Shown here in pieces: positions 50,847 through 64,000 of a stretch of DNA of 64,000 nucleotides. The stretch covers positions 186,001 through 250,000 of the forward strand of contig JALDZX010000026.1 of NCBI GenBank assembly GCA_022813865.1, read 5' to 3'. The notes under the pieces were generated by a model, which saw only the letters and a program-made list of their open reading frames with translations, searched no databases and was not told the origin of the DNA. The position numbers were made by a program, and so were the translations under genes. Within the stretch, counting starts at the first letter, position 1; each line of letters begins with the position of its first letter. The DNA is from Xylographa opegraphella (taxonomy: Eukaryota).

Positions 50847-53408
50847 GCTTGCAATCCAGTGCTCGTGCGCGGCGTGACTGAAGATGAAAAGGGTTCCTGG
50901 GATTGGATATTCGTAGAAGCCTGAGGGCCTCGCCGCTCTGTTGTATCGCAGGTAATAGCGAGGAATTCTGGAGCTTTTAGGGGCTGAGCTCCCTAAATAT
51001 CCTGAAGCGGCGGGGGATTTCTTAGCATGGCTTGAGTGGGCTCGGGTACCTTACGCTTGTCCCCATTGTGCTTAGCATCCCAAACCACGCTAAGTCAGCT
51101 TCTTCCTTCAACGTTCCATCTTCCAACAACTTCGACCTATTCATGCTCCACCGCCATTGGCCGATGCTTGACTGCATACCATTGACTTTGTGACCGACGT
51201 GAGACAAGCAGGGCTTGATATTGGCATCGTCCAACAATGTTAGCGCTTGACACGATAGAATTTGGCCCTTTCTTTAGCATTTTTGAAGCATGGCGTTCTT
51301 GGTGGAGTGACTCCGCCTTCCCACTTCCAACGAGGTGTATACTCACTGAAGAGGCGCTGTATACTACATGTGGTATGAGTTCATCAGAGCGCATGAGCCA
51401 TCTCATCAGGCTCTTTCAATGTCGATCGGGACTATACAAACGTCCATCAGTACTTCGATACTTGGCCACCCTCCCCAGCACTGGCATGGTCTCGATGTAT
51501 GAAGACTGGGAATTTTCCTACCACCCTGTTAGCCATACTATCCTAAATTTCAATGATAATTCTGTTGGTGTTAGGTGGCAGTGCAGCAGAGTATGCAAAA
51601 CATTATGGCGCATTAAGTAAATCAAGACAATTACCTGGTTTATATTTCCTGTTCAATTACTTGGACGGCGCTTTTCTTATCCTCAAGAGCAGGAGTCTAG
51701 ATCTTTGGCGAGATGTTAGTTTCTGGCTTGTCCTTCTAGCACGTGGGCCGAGGTCCTGTGTTGCGTTCCTATTTTTTTCGTAGGCCAACGCCTATATCTC
51801 CAGAAATAGTCTCAGAACACATATCCATGTAATGGTGCAGCCTTAGCATAGGGAACGGCCGCTCCGGGTTCCACTGTCCTGAAATCGCCTTGATGCGGCG
51901 GGCTATGATGTTCAAGGGGTCCTGAAACAGCTTACTGCAGACCCGGAGCCATGCGATGGACTGTGCCTCCGTCTTTCAACTCTTATGGGTAAGCGTGGTA
52001 TTGCAGTTGGCTCTTACCTCTGATCACCTCGGCAGTACCTTGTCGTATGCATGCTTATCGACCTTCTAGAAGACTCTTATATATCGGAACCGGCCGATAT
52101 GCCGAGGCACAGGCTTATACGAGGCTCAATTGGCATGATGGATAGTGACATCGGTTTCAACGTCATATTCATGAGGATTGTGAAGCTGTACTATTTTAAC
52201 TTGTTACCTGTTATGCGAATAGGCTGGAATTAACTAGTCTTTCGGCGTTACCGTACTTCTGAAAACGGCTTTGCGGAATATTTCCCTGATTACGGTTTAT
52301 CTATGGTTACCCCTTTTTCGCATCGTCACCCTTGTTCTTGTTCCCGGGTATCTTTCTGTTCCGGGATATGCATTGATTCACATCTTCTACGCGGTCATGC
52401 ATCCGAAGTATTTCGTTATTCAAAGAGTGCTTTGGTTGGTCCGTCGGGGCTACTACCGGTTCACATTGCATGTTTTCTGTCTGGGTCCTGGTGAGACCAC
52501 CCGAGATCTCCTCAAACCCCTCTCTCGGAGATGTTTTTCTACCGTCAGACCAACTATTGCATCGGCCGTGCCATCCCTGAGTAATCTCCGTCATACTGAC
52601 CAGTGCCCTGGATCGCTGTCAGTGAACACTTGTGCCGTCTCAAAGAGGTTTAGGAGGTATCCAAGCTGCAAGATCGGCCGACCTTGAAACCCTGGACATA
52701 TTCTGCCTACCATGGGTGCACGGTCTCGAAAGGCCGGAATTATCGTAAGACGTGTAAAGCAGCACGGATATCAAGACTGCATTTGGCACCGCGCTCTTGG
52801 GTCTCGACTTTGTATTGTTTGCAATGATGATGAAGAATGGTGGTACGGCACGACGCTCAGGGACTCATTGGCCACAATAGCCGGGAAAGCTCGACAGTTT
52901 CGCGTGATCCTGTGCTCGAAAGGGCTGACTCTACCTACAGAAAGAGCAGCGGCAACCGCACACCTTGGGTCAATGCACTGCATTTCGCTAAACATGCCGT
53001 GTCGAGGTGGTGATCATGTCTCATCTTTCTGCATCTCTTGTACTCCACGTATTCGCCCGTAGCCATCACCACGGAAATAATGAGCGTGGCAGACGCAGCT
53101 CGCTTACTATGCACATGGCCCCCCTCGCACCGCATACAAAACGAGAGGAGCGCGTAAAGAACCAAAAAAGAAACGTGAACACACGGAGCGAGGATGGGCG
53201 CATGCAAAGTTTATTCTCGAACAACAACGTTTCGGACGGAAGAACCATCTCCTCAGTCTTGGTTGGTACGTGCGAAGTGCAATGGCGATGGTGCAAGTAC
53301 AGCCGACTCCTCAATCGATCACCACCTGACGAAGTATGCACCTTCCTAGATGCTCGTCTCTTCTGACCGAATGCTCGCAGGGGTGCGATTCTGTCGCCAG
53401 GACGCCCA

Positions 53409-53481
53409 GCAGGCACTCTATACAGCTATCTGCAGGCACTCTATACAGCTATCTGCAGGCACTCTATACAGCTATCTGCAG
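53409..53481. repeat. Perfect 23-bp tandem repeat, 3.2 copies (GCAGGCACTCTATACAGCTATCT)
   Basis: Identical units at 53409, 53432 and 53455. Confidence 0.95.
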
Positions 53482-53775
53482 CCACGGCCCGGATGCGAAA
53501 AGATAGCCAAGCTCCAGGCGAGGACCGTTGTACTGTCATAGGCAAGTGACGTGCATTCTGCTCGCGCACGATAAGCCGATCGAGTCCTGGTCACACCTTT
53601 TCTGGGCGCCACATTTTGACCGCTGTTGTTTTTTCCATCGACTCTGGCTTCGGTCCATGTATCATTGCAGCCAATTTGAACAGGGATTACTCCGTACTAC
53701 GCCATACGAAAGCGCATACAACGTATTCAGAGACATAGGGGATTGTTGCCGTCCAGCATACCATGTCCAGGTACC

Positions 53776-53795
53776 TACCTACCTTAAGGTAGGTA
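53776..53795. repeat. Perfect 20-bp palindrome TACCTACCTTAAGGTAGGTA
   Basis: Self reverse-complementary; read directly. Confidence 0.9.
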
Positions 53796-56128
53796 CTGCC
53801 AGTATTTCAGGTTTATCGCAGGGACGAGGAGGGGTGGCAGCGGGGGCCTGTGTGGCAGTGAAGCCCCCAGCGTCATCTCGATCCAACTCTATCCGTACAT
53901 TAGTGCATAAATGGAAGGCAGCGTTCGCCGTAGAATCAATCGCCTTCTCGAAGGCTGCAGGGGGGCCAAAAAGAATTACTTTAGTTGGGAGGGGTAGCTT
54001 CGAACTTTGGAGCGGGCTTGCCGGGGGGGGAATGACAAGGGAGATGGGGGACAAGGGGGGGCGGCGGATCAGGGATGCGGCTTGCGTCAGGGATCAGCAG
54101 GCCCCCCGTCGCCGCTAATGCACGTCCCCTATTCGCCGTTGCCAATGATCGTCGACCTCAAGGCGAGTGTCGCACCAAGGCCAGTTGGAAGCCAGTGAGT
54201 AGAGAAGAGGCAAGTCAGGAAGGAAGTGGCCGCTACGACGAAGTGCTCGACGTGATAGCCTTGGCCTAGGTCTACCTCTCCCCTTCCCCCTACACGGCAA
54301 TGCACCAATGAGTGCGCAGCGTTGCCGGGGCCGAGGATATCACGATGGACCGAAGCAGGCAGTGACTTGTGACAATTGCTGGATGAGCGATCTGACTCGC
54401 TGTGGCGTCGAGGACCAGCTGAAGAGAGACGAACGAGATTCCCCTTTGTAGCCGGCCAGCCTCAAGGGGCGATGGCTATATGAACAGCTCGACCGTGCAC
54501 GACTGCGTGAGGCCGTCTGCTGTAGAACATCCGTCTCGTGTCGTCGTTACAGTACTGGAGGCGATGAACGAGGAAGTCACCTAACCGCCTTCGCTCTGTT
54601 CTACGCCAGCGTGCAGCATACCTATACACACACACCACACACACCACACACACGCACACCCACACACCCACCTCACACGAGTCCGCTAGGCTGCGGACTA
54701 ATCACGCAGAGAACAACAGCAGCAAGGCACTGTCACAACGTTCTTCAGCCCTCTCCCACCCCACGACCGACCGGCGTGTGCACCAAAGACTTATCGACCT
54801 GGATACTGCAGCATTGATCGACTTGGCCTGAGGTACGTACTGCGTATTTGACTGTTCTTCCACGCATTGCGCCGTCTTATTCTTCCCACGACAAGCCATC
54901 GTGGCTACTTCTGCGGTCTTTTCTCCTTCCCATCCCCCCACCCCCATTTGTTTCCTCAACGGCGCACGCCTAGAACCGCCGTGTTGGCCTGGACCTGCAT
55001 TTCGTGTCGCAGTCCATTTGCTCATTCTCGCTCTGGTTCTCTGCATTTCAAATCTCGCTCTCCGCCTGTCAGGACCGCCCGTACCCCGCCCCAAACTCTA
55101 CCCGCTACCGCACTTTCACCTCGTTCCTCGAAACACCACCATCATCGCCAGTCGGTTCGGAATCGTCCTCTGAAGAGCACTGTTGCATCGCCTTCTCGGC
55201 GTCTCCCAGTCTTCATCGTGTGTGCCGAGGGAAAGTCCTTGGAGGCTTCCGGCGACTGAGGCTCACCCCCACCGCTGTGTGGCTGGGTCCGAGGTCCTGC
55301 GAGAAGGAAACCAACACCGTCACCCCATGCTGATTTGCTGATTTTATTATCGCTGCCACCCCTAGACCAGGACACCTTTACGACCAGAAAGTACCCTGCT
55401 CCTACTGCAACGCCAACGACTTAGCTCAGGGCGCTGCCGGGGCATTTGATACCGCGCACTGGCCAGGCACGATTTCCAGAGCGCTGCTGGATTGGCAGTT
55501 TAAGACGGCAGCGTCCGTCCATTCCCCCACGGAACCGTTCCCAAGAAAGGTCGTCTCCCGAGACTCTCTATTGCCTACCTGGTCGCTCCCCTACTGTATC
55601 TTATGCGGATCGTCCGCTAGTATCGTCATTCAAGTGTACCTTGTCTATCTCTCATCCTAGCTTCTTCTTGTTCTTCTTCTTATATACATGCGTGCGGCTT
55701 GTCGTCTCGCTATCTCGCATCGGTCAAGCCTGTCACCGTCACATGCACCGACTTCATTTGGCTATTGGGAGTACCAGTCTAAGTGTTCTAGTCGTATATC
55801 ATAGAGCCTGTCGCGTCGAGCGGCTCACACCTCTGCGCCGAGCTATAAGAACTATCGACAGAGCTTCCTGTACCCCGCATACTCACAGGTATGCAGCTTC
55901 CGCACGGACCGAACTGTTGATCTGACTGATAGCTTCTAGTACCTGAGGGCTTCGTCTTTTCCGCTTCCTAACGCCCTCGAACTCGCTAATTATATATGAT
56001 CCCGCCTTCCTGTCTTCATTGTCTCTTACATGGTCTTTCGCCAGTACATGTGGTCGAGCTGTTGATACAACGCTTACCCCAACGCTTCGGAACAGCACAC
56101 TAAACTTTCTTGTAATATAATTATTCTA

Positions 56129-59100
56129 ATGAATCGTGGACCTGCAAGCCGGCCACTGTTGCCCCAGACGAGTTCGATGCAGACCTTTCAATTTGCTCCT
56201 CCCAACCTTGGGCTTGGGGATACCAAAAAGAGTAAGTTGTGGTCCGATGTTCTTCCCGGACTAGAGGGCCTGCTGATCCGTTGAACAGATTATGTTTTCG
56301 TCGATGAACATAATCGTCACAAAAGACTCAAAGGTCTGCAGATCCCCTATGATCATGTGACCGGCTTAGCTCACAGGTTTTAGTGATGCGAGCATGCGAA
56401 GGCTGTCGACGGCGCAAGATCAAATGTGATGCCGCCACCACGAATGCATGGCCATGCGCTGCATGTGTGAGACTCAAGCTACAGTGTATTCCACCTCCGG
56501 TCAACTATGATCGAACGCATAGTGCTAGTGGCCATGTCACTGGTCTCGAGACACTTATCGATTTCGATAATTCCAGCGGTGGAAGCGGGGACGAGGATTA
56601 CTCGCAAGCACCGATCATTCAGAACATATACCATATGGGTAGTGGTGGTCCAGAGCTAATGAGCTCAGCTCACCCACCGTACGCTCACGGTCTCGGAAGT
56701 TCCTACCCGCCATCATATACCGACCGTTCGGATAGCCAGCTGAGCCATCAGCATCTGCATTTCGAAAGTGTAACATCCGTTCCCTTGCCAACCTCTGAAG
56801 CGTCATATCACAGCCAATCAAGCTTTCATGCTTCGAATGTCAATCCGATCGATCTTCCTGAAAGCTCTGACTCATGGACACGTGAGAACATATCAGCTGC
56901 AGGTCTTAGTGAAGTTCTCGGAGAACTCAAGATTGACGAGACAGGAGTTGGTAAGTTATCAATGCCGGCTGTGCTGAACCAGCTAACAATCACAAAGCGC
57001 CATATATCTCACAACAGAAGAAGGCTCTTGCAGAAGCACCGGCCCTCGAAGAGTATGAGATGAGCTTACCGAGCGTTCCCTCTGGCGCAGGGGCAACGGT
57101 TCGCATCCCTCCTGGACTTGAGCCATCCGAAGAGCGATCAATGGAATATTTCGAAGTATTCTTCGATCACATTCACCCTTATGTTCCAGTCATTAGTAAA
57201 ACGTACTTCTACAAGCAATGGAATACCAACCGCCGGTCGATATCGCCGCTACTGCTGGAGTCCATTTATGCTTGTGCCGGAAGGATGATGGCGGATGACC
57301 CGGCACAAGGCGCTCAATGGCTAGCTCTCGCATCTAGTAAGCTGAAGACCCTGGCTTAGAAGCGCGAAAATACTAATGTTCGGGTAGAACACGAAGATTG
57401 TTTCATGGATGTGCCACGGCTCAGTACCATTCAAGCACTACTGATTTTGATGAAGGCACGAGAGTCCGCACCGAAGAGAGGTTACTACTACCGATCTTGG
57501 ATGACACTGAAGAAATTGGTGGCGATGGCCAAAGACCTGGAACTGAATGAGCATTTCGTCGAGCATCTAGAAGGACGACCATGCGGGTCCGATCCGACGG
57601 AATGTCTCGTCAAAACTCGAATCTGGCAAACTTTGTTTATTTGCGAGATAATGGTAGCAGGTCCCCAAGGTAAGGCGTATTTAATCACGTGCTGTGCACG
57701 CTCTGACGAGTACCAGGACGGTTTGACCTTGATGTAGATACGGAGACTGTCAACATAAGTGTTCATGACTTTCCTCAGGGAGCCGACGAATCGGAGTACC
57801 AGGTCTCTCGAAACTTCACGTACATGGTCCGCACAATTCGCAACGTTCGGATACTCAGTGATACTTATGTACGCATCCGAAAACAGAAAGATTGGGGTTC
57901 GGATCCGCGTTTTGCAAACCTCAATCCCTCCTTCTCAAAGTGGATCGAAGACCTCCCGTCGGACATGCAGATTCACTACCCGCCCGATGGTTCACCGCCG
58001 TGGCTGCAAAGTCACTTTGTTGCCAATATGCATTGTTACTACCACCTCAGTATCATTCTGCTACATCGACCACAACTAATGAACTCGTCTTCTTTTGCCG
58101 CAGGCGGCAGCTGGAAGCAGCATATGGCCATATGTTATGATTCGGCTAAGCGCTTGTGCAGGATTCAAGAAGCACTGTATCAAAAATACGAGCTCGAGGG
58201 CTTGATCTCGATGCAGAGAGGTATGCGTTATCTCAGCCAGTGCCGGCAAACTCTGCTGACCCCTTTCCTAGGCATCAACTTTGCGATTTATTGTGTCTTG
58301 ACTTGCACAATGATTCATCTGGTATGTCTTCGCGCTTTGTTACCGTACTCGATGAATCTCAGCTGATCTTTTTCCCAGGTCGCCATCACCTCGCCCGACC
58401 CGGATTTCAACACCGACGCTAAGGACTATTTCACTCGGCACATGCGCATACTGGAGAACTGTACTCATGCGTGGCCAATGCCTGACATGCAGAAGCAGAT
58501 CGAGTCGCTTCGTGAGGCATTTTCCCGGGATGTCAACAAGGCATTCGAATTAAAGCCGAGTTTCCCTTTTGGTAGCCCAGTATCTCGACTACAGCCAAGC
58601 CCGCCGGTGGATCATCCTTATCACGAACAAACTTTAAGGTCACACACAGTCATCGAACAAACACCACATTTGCAGCGATATAATTCCGGGCCCATCACAC
58701 CTCCTGTTTCTGTAGGAAATGACGATAGTAAAGATGGTTCCATGGCCGCAGCATCCTCAACGATGCCCGCCACCAGCCAACGACAGCAACAGAATTCTCT
58801 TCCAAGCTCTCACAGCTTGTCCGATACGTGGGATCCCAAACGCATCTTTGAGTACGGCGCCAGATCTCTAAGTGTAAAGTCTCGTGTGGCAAGAACACCT
58901 GCTAACCCTCGGCGAAGTCAATGGACAACGGCCTTTGGAACGCCTACCAGCTCCATGTCGGCCCCTACCGGCTCTTCCCTGCAGCATTCGCCCACCATGT
59001 ACACTCCTTCGTCCGTCGGATCTCACGATTTGCCGCACCTGCAGGATGCCATGCAACAGCAGTTTTCGCTGCCATCGAACATGCCGCTACTTCCGCACAT

Positions 59101-59269
59101 GCAGCCGCCACCGCCGATTTCCTACGCCACGGCCTCGACCCAGCAGTACGTCAGTCCGAGTATGTGGCAGGATACGGTGGCGAGAACTTTCCCGAGTGGA
59201 TCTTTGAAACGGGAGTGGGACATGGGATTGTCCTCGTACGATCAGCATCAGGTGAAGCGCCCTCGATAA
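56129..59269 (+). CDS. Zn(II)2Cys6 transcription factor with fungal middle-homology domain (start uncertain)
   Basis: YVFVDEHNRHKRLKVMRACEGCRRRKIKCDAATTNAWPCAACVRLKLQC; FFDHIHPYVPVI; PRLSTIQALLIL; YYHLSIILLHRPQL. Multiple GT-AG introns; TAA ending at 59269. Confidence 0.93.
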
Positions 59270-60832
59270 CGCGCGGCTTCTTTCAGTTTTCTTGTTGCAC
59301 TCATTCAGGGCATTGGTCAAATGGGAGCACCGCTTACGCCCTTCATGTTCTGAGTGAGAGGATTTGGAGACCACACTGTACTTCCGAGAATTGGAAGCTG
59401 ACTTTGTGCACCGCCACAGTTGATCTATAGCTGATCTCCTACCCGCACGGGTACATCTGCCGCACAGACGGCCACGAGCAGATTAGAAAGCTGCAGTATG
59501 AACACCATCAAATGTTCCCCTGTCGCCGGACGCAGGACACCATCCGTCGACGACGAGAATATGAAGCCGGGAGCGCGTCACGCGATCACGCACACTCTTA
59601 TTCCTTTCTGTATCAGTACGCTGTATTTCTCATCATCATCATCGTGGGCGCGGGCATGTAGGGTACATACGAGATCCATGGCAGGGTGTACGAGTAATCA
59701 CGGGTTATGTAACGCTGGTAATGCTTGATGGTTGATTTAATCACGACACGATAATAGGGTCTTGCGTTGTCGCCAATTTTACACGATATTTCACTCGTTA
59801 TGTTCGCTTTTCTCTTGGGATACGCGCCGGCCTTTTCCCGACTTTAATTCGAGAGTGCTGTAATACTAGCGATTCAATTGAATGTGGGGCTGATATGATA
59901 TGAATGACATGGAAGCGTTGGCGTGGAGTCCCGTACTAGGCTTGCCACTCTGCCGCGCTCTGTGAGGCTTTATACTTGTTGAACTGGTCGCAGGAGGGCT
60001 TGAATGTGGGGATCTAATGTGGAATATATCCTGGACGCCACAGCCATTCCATACCTAACCCCTTGAGAGTTAAGACGAAAACCTATAACCGTGACATCGA
60101 GCCGTCATTCCAAATCCCCTTTTCCTGTCCAGCTCCTTTCTCCACGCACACATCCCCCTTGTTTGTAGCATGGCGCCCGAGCAGATAGTGCCCAGCATTC
60201 GTATTTACTTTACACAGCTAGGAAAGTAGCATGATAAGCAAGACTTCAAAGCCACCTTTTTCATTGTTTCTGTGGTCTATACTCTGTTTGCAGTCATGAG
60301 CTATCATGGCATCAACAGCCACATCGCTATCAGTCCTTCGCACACCACCACCACCACCACCACCGTCGACGGTGAGGTATTACTCACGCAACTAGGTCCT
60401 CCAGTGGTGGATGGATAGTTGTCGCTGGCTTGTGAACAAGACCGCGCAGCGTGGGTTATAATTCCCGAGAGGGTAGAAAGTGGCGCTCGGGACTGAGGGC
60501 GTGGATGGAGAGGGGGAGAGGGGATGGAGATGGCAACCGTAGGGTGTAAGAGGCCAGGAGAGCAGGGCGGAAGTGCCAGGTGGTGGGTACGCGGTGGGAC
60601 GGGTAGATGCTATGGTAAAATGAAGGGATTTGGGCCACTCCTCGTTTAACAATTCTGGAGAGAGAAAGGGGGAGAGGAGTCCAATGCACCGGATTTCCGT
60701 CCCGCGCGCGCTGTGGTACGGTAGATAACTCAGCCACTTCATGCATCGCCACCAGCGCAGGGAAGGGGAGAATGCATATGCGATGCAGTCGGACTGCCAT
60801 TCGACGGGTATCTTCTATATACAGAAAACCAC

Positions 60833-60908
60833 TCCCTCCCTGCCTGCCTCCCTCCCTGCCTGCCTCCCTCCCTGCCTGCCTCCCTCCCTGCCTGCCTCCC
60901 TCCCTCCC
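60833..60908. repeat. Compound (CCTC)/(CCTG) repeat with a 16-bp higher-order unit directly after the Snu114 stop
   Basis: cctccctccctgcctg repeated about 4 times. Confidence 0.85.
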
Positions 60909-63900
60909 TAACCATCCAACACCCCCCCCTCCTTCAACCCCTTCCACAGCTCCGGCTCCAAAAACTTGCCCACCCCCACATCCTCACTCAGCCCCTTGCG
61001 GCGACGCGTCTTGAGCACGAAATCGCGCGCCGTCGCCTGCACGCTCGCCATCTCGAGCGGGCGCAGCTTGACCTCCCGGTCGAGCGGATCGCCGGGCACG
61101 ACGTTCCACTTGTCGAAGACGAGGCTGACGGTCGCCTGGCCCTGGGTGTGGATGCGGACGTCGGTCTCGAAGCCGAAGCTGTCGATGACGGGCACGAGGC
61201 CGCGCACGCCGTACAGCGGTGTGCCGGCGATGGGGCCGTCGGAGAGGACGTGTCCGCGGCGCCGCGATAGGACGGTGTAGAGGGAGGAGACGGAGTCAGC
61301 GGGGCCGGTCATGGAGACCGTGTACAGGGGTTCCATGAGGCGGGGGGAGGCGGTTAGGAAAGAGGAGTAGATGGCGCGCCGGGTGGTGGGGATGATTTGG
61401 CCGCCGCCGCGGAAGATGGCTTGGTCGGCGAGGGAGATGTCGGTGAGCTTGAATTTCGCGTTGCGGATTGCTGTGATGATAATATGTTATTCGATATACT
61501 ACAACAGATACGATGGGTTGAGAAATGCTTACGTTCTTCACATAGAGGCCCTTCGCGGGTTCCCCAGCTGAATCCTTGTCGGATTGCATCGCGGACCGTG
61601 CCCAGAAGCTTCTTGTCTACTTGCGACGGAAGTGTGTCGTCCTGGAGGATATTGGGCCCCATGTCTTCGGGTCCAAAAGCCCATATGCTTCGGGAAGCCA
61701 GTTTGTCCCAGTCGTAGTTCTCCTCGAAGAACTGGCCGACTTTGCGAATCGGATCTCTGATGCTGACCTTGCCGGACTCGATGTCTTGAGCGATACCGTC
61801 GTCCAAGGGCTCCGCAACCATCGTGATTTTGTTCTTCTTGTTCGGTGTCAAGGCATAGCACATGATGGCCGAGGTTTCGACCACCGTCTCACAGAAGCGA
61901 GTCACAGGATCCGAGACCTTCAGCTCCATCTCCGAGTACAGTCGTCGCAGATCATGCAAAACGCAGTCCATATAAAGCTCGCCTGTGCCTAGGACCACAT
62001 GCTCTCCAGACTCTTCAACTTTGGTTGTGATTAGGGGATAGCTCTTATTGACCTTGCGCAATCCGTCAAGCATCTTCGGCAGTTCTGACGGATTGATCGG
62101 TTCTACTGCGACCTTGAAAACTGATTCAGTAAAATGCTTAATGGGTTTGAATATGTAGGCATCTTCATCGTCTTCTAGACGTGGCGGAACAAGCGTAGCG
62201 GTTTTGACAATTGAATTGTCGATACCGCTGATAAGGACCCAGTTACCCGCAGGCACACCGTCAGTTGGGATGTTGTATCTTGACTCTGCGATCCATGTAT
62301 CCGAGATTGTGGAGATGGTCATATCTTCTTCGTCGTCTATCGTATATCCCTCACCTAAAACTCGGACCTGCTGACCAGGTTTCGCTGTCCCACTCATAAC
62401 CCGACCAAAGGAATAGAAGCTCATGGCATCCGGGGTATTGAATAATTTGGTGATTTGGACTATCAGTGGACCATCCTGATCACACTTTTCAATAGCAGCA
62501 GCCACCTTGGTATCTGTAGGTCCTGTATAGTATCGGTCCAGCTTTTTCTTCGCTCCTTCGACTGGAGATGGTATGTTTTCGACGACCATGTCAACGAACC
62601 CCTCAGCGCCTCCAAAAAATTGTTCGCAGACGGACTTGAGTAGATCTTTGGCATCAGTCTTGTATTTGGATGGCTTTAGGCGAATTCCAAGTGTCTTGAG
62701 TGTGGCCTTGAGATCTTCAGGACTTTCACTTATGGTATGTGAGTAGAGCTTGTAAATAGGCTCCAGTACGAAATTCACAAATGTTCTTTTTGATCGTTCT
62801 TCCACACCTTTTCTTGTGAAAGACCGCCTTGTAGGATTGAAGAATATATCTCCCCATAACCGTACGGCAAAATCTTTTGCGTTGATGTCTTGGTAACTGT
62901 CTGCATACATCTTGGCAAACGAAGGTAAGGTAAAAGTCCAACCCATGCTACTGCACGCGAATGCCACATTTCCCTTCTCAGGACTTAATCGTCTCTTTTC
63001 GCCTTGCCCAGGTAATGTATTCTCGATAACCGTATTGACCTCTTCGATGACATGTTTGAGCTTGAAATACGCATCTGTAGGTGGTAGTTTAAGTTCCAGA
63101 ATTAGGCGGTCCATTTTGTTGACTATTAAAGTCAGAGGCAGATCCTCCAACACCGCGTACTTTATAATCTGCTCCGTATTGATCTGTACCCCCTCGACAA
63201 CGTCGACAACCAGTACAACTCCGTCTACCAGACGTAATGAGGCTGCAATCTCATCCACAAAATTGACATGTCCAGGAGTATCGAGGATGTTAAACAAATG
63301 TGATTTGCCTCTCGTTCCCTGCATTACCAAGCTCATAGGCGCCGACTTTATTGATATACCTCTTTCCCGCTCCAGTACATGCGCATCGGTATATCTTAAC
63401 TGCTCGTCCCGCTTTCTTCCCGTCCTCTTCTCTAGCCTGTCGTCAATATCGTGGGTCTGCATGAACAGCATGTCCATCAACGCCGTTTTTCCGTGATGCA
63501 AATGCCCTGCAAATGCAATGTTTCTTACCTGCTCCGGGAAATTCATAAGGTCCGTCATAAAGTCGCGTGAAAAGTGTACCGGGGGGAGGTCGGCTTCTTG
63601 AATAGTGAATTTCTTCTGCCGAATAGGTGCAATGATCGGTTGAGTAAGGGGTTGCGCATCTTCTTCCTCCACCATGGTTTCAACATCTGGACCATAAACT
63701 TGTTGTGCTGTGGGATAGTACTGTTTGTCTTCGTGCAAAACAACAGCATTCGAAGGGCCGTCCTCTGAAATACGCGGATCAGCTGCGGTGGCCTATGAAG
63801 GTGGAGCACCCACCATCTATCTCCATAAGCTGCTGATCATTGGCAGCAGCTTCATCTTCAACATCCTCATCGTCTAGGTAGGCGTCCCCGCCGTTCACCT

Positions 63901-63953
63901 CCTGTGCTGATTCTTCCTCCGACTCTTCTGCCTCCCCAATGAAATTCCCAAAC
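60908..63953 (-). CDS. SNU114: U5 snRNP 116-kDa GTPase (EF-2-like); first exon lies beyond the right edge
   Basis: FGNFIG acidic N-terminus, VVLHEDKQYYP, GHLHHGKT, DTPGHVNF, NKMD, GTGELYMDCVLHDLR, WAFGP, ETDVRIHTQGQA, KTRRRKGL. Confidence 0.97.
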
Positions 63954-64000
63954 CTTGTGGAAGTCAATTAGCTTTGTTCCGGTGGGATTCAAAAGTCCTA

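Noticed and set aside
50847..51050. 68-codon ATG-free open frame upstream of ERG10 (possible non-AUG extension)
   Set aside because: Contains acidic residues near the junction and no clearly favoured near-cognate start; insufficient evidence without conservation data.
51050..53400. Short ORFs and an ATGATGA...CTGA pair (~52823-52928) in the long intergenic region
   Set aside because: No recognisable protein family; no terminal stem or rRNA antisense element to support a C/D snoRNA.

Overview
Eukaryotic, intron-rich genomic DNA from a filamentous ascomycete (Pezizomycotina; a lichen-forming Lecanoromycete is plausible but cannot be shown from this window). I spliced 19 protein-coding genes by eye. 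Conserved housekeeping genes: CK2 alpha, ValRS, TAF2, AlaRS, cyclophilin H, acetyl-CoA acetyltransferase, Snu114, a RING-H2 ligase, a ZIP transporter, an RCR-like PY-motif membrane protein, a Zn2Cys6 factor and a conserved hypothetical protein. Accessory-type genes: two HeLo-like N-terminal-domain proteins, a Cys-rich secreted protein, a DUF3176 membrane protein, a tyrosinase, a sedolisin, an atypical SDR and an orphan glycine-zipper protein. There is also a degraded GST pseudogene that the ORF track misses. No tRNA, rRNA, CRISPR array or intact transposon was seen. Main observations worth follow-up: (1) repeated, strand-symmetric C-rich to G-rich switch islands that override codon usage at gene 3' ends and also occur between genes; (2) a structured ~130-nt element in the long first intron of cyclophilin H; (3) probable dual-targeting N-terminal extensions of both tRNA synthetases (AUU start for ValRS, upstream AUG for AlaRS) together with Gcn4/CPC-1-type sites; (4) an orphan protein with a 68-residue uncharged Gly/Ala N-terminus; (5) a complex intron-containing leader on the Zn2Cys6 gene; (6) very degenerate 5' splice sites. 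All family assignments come from motif recognition, not database searches.
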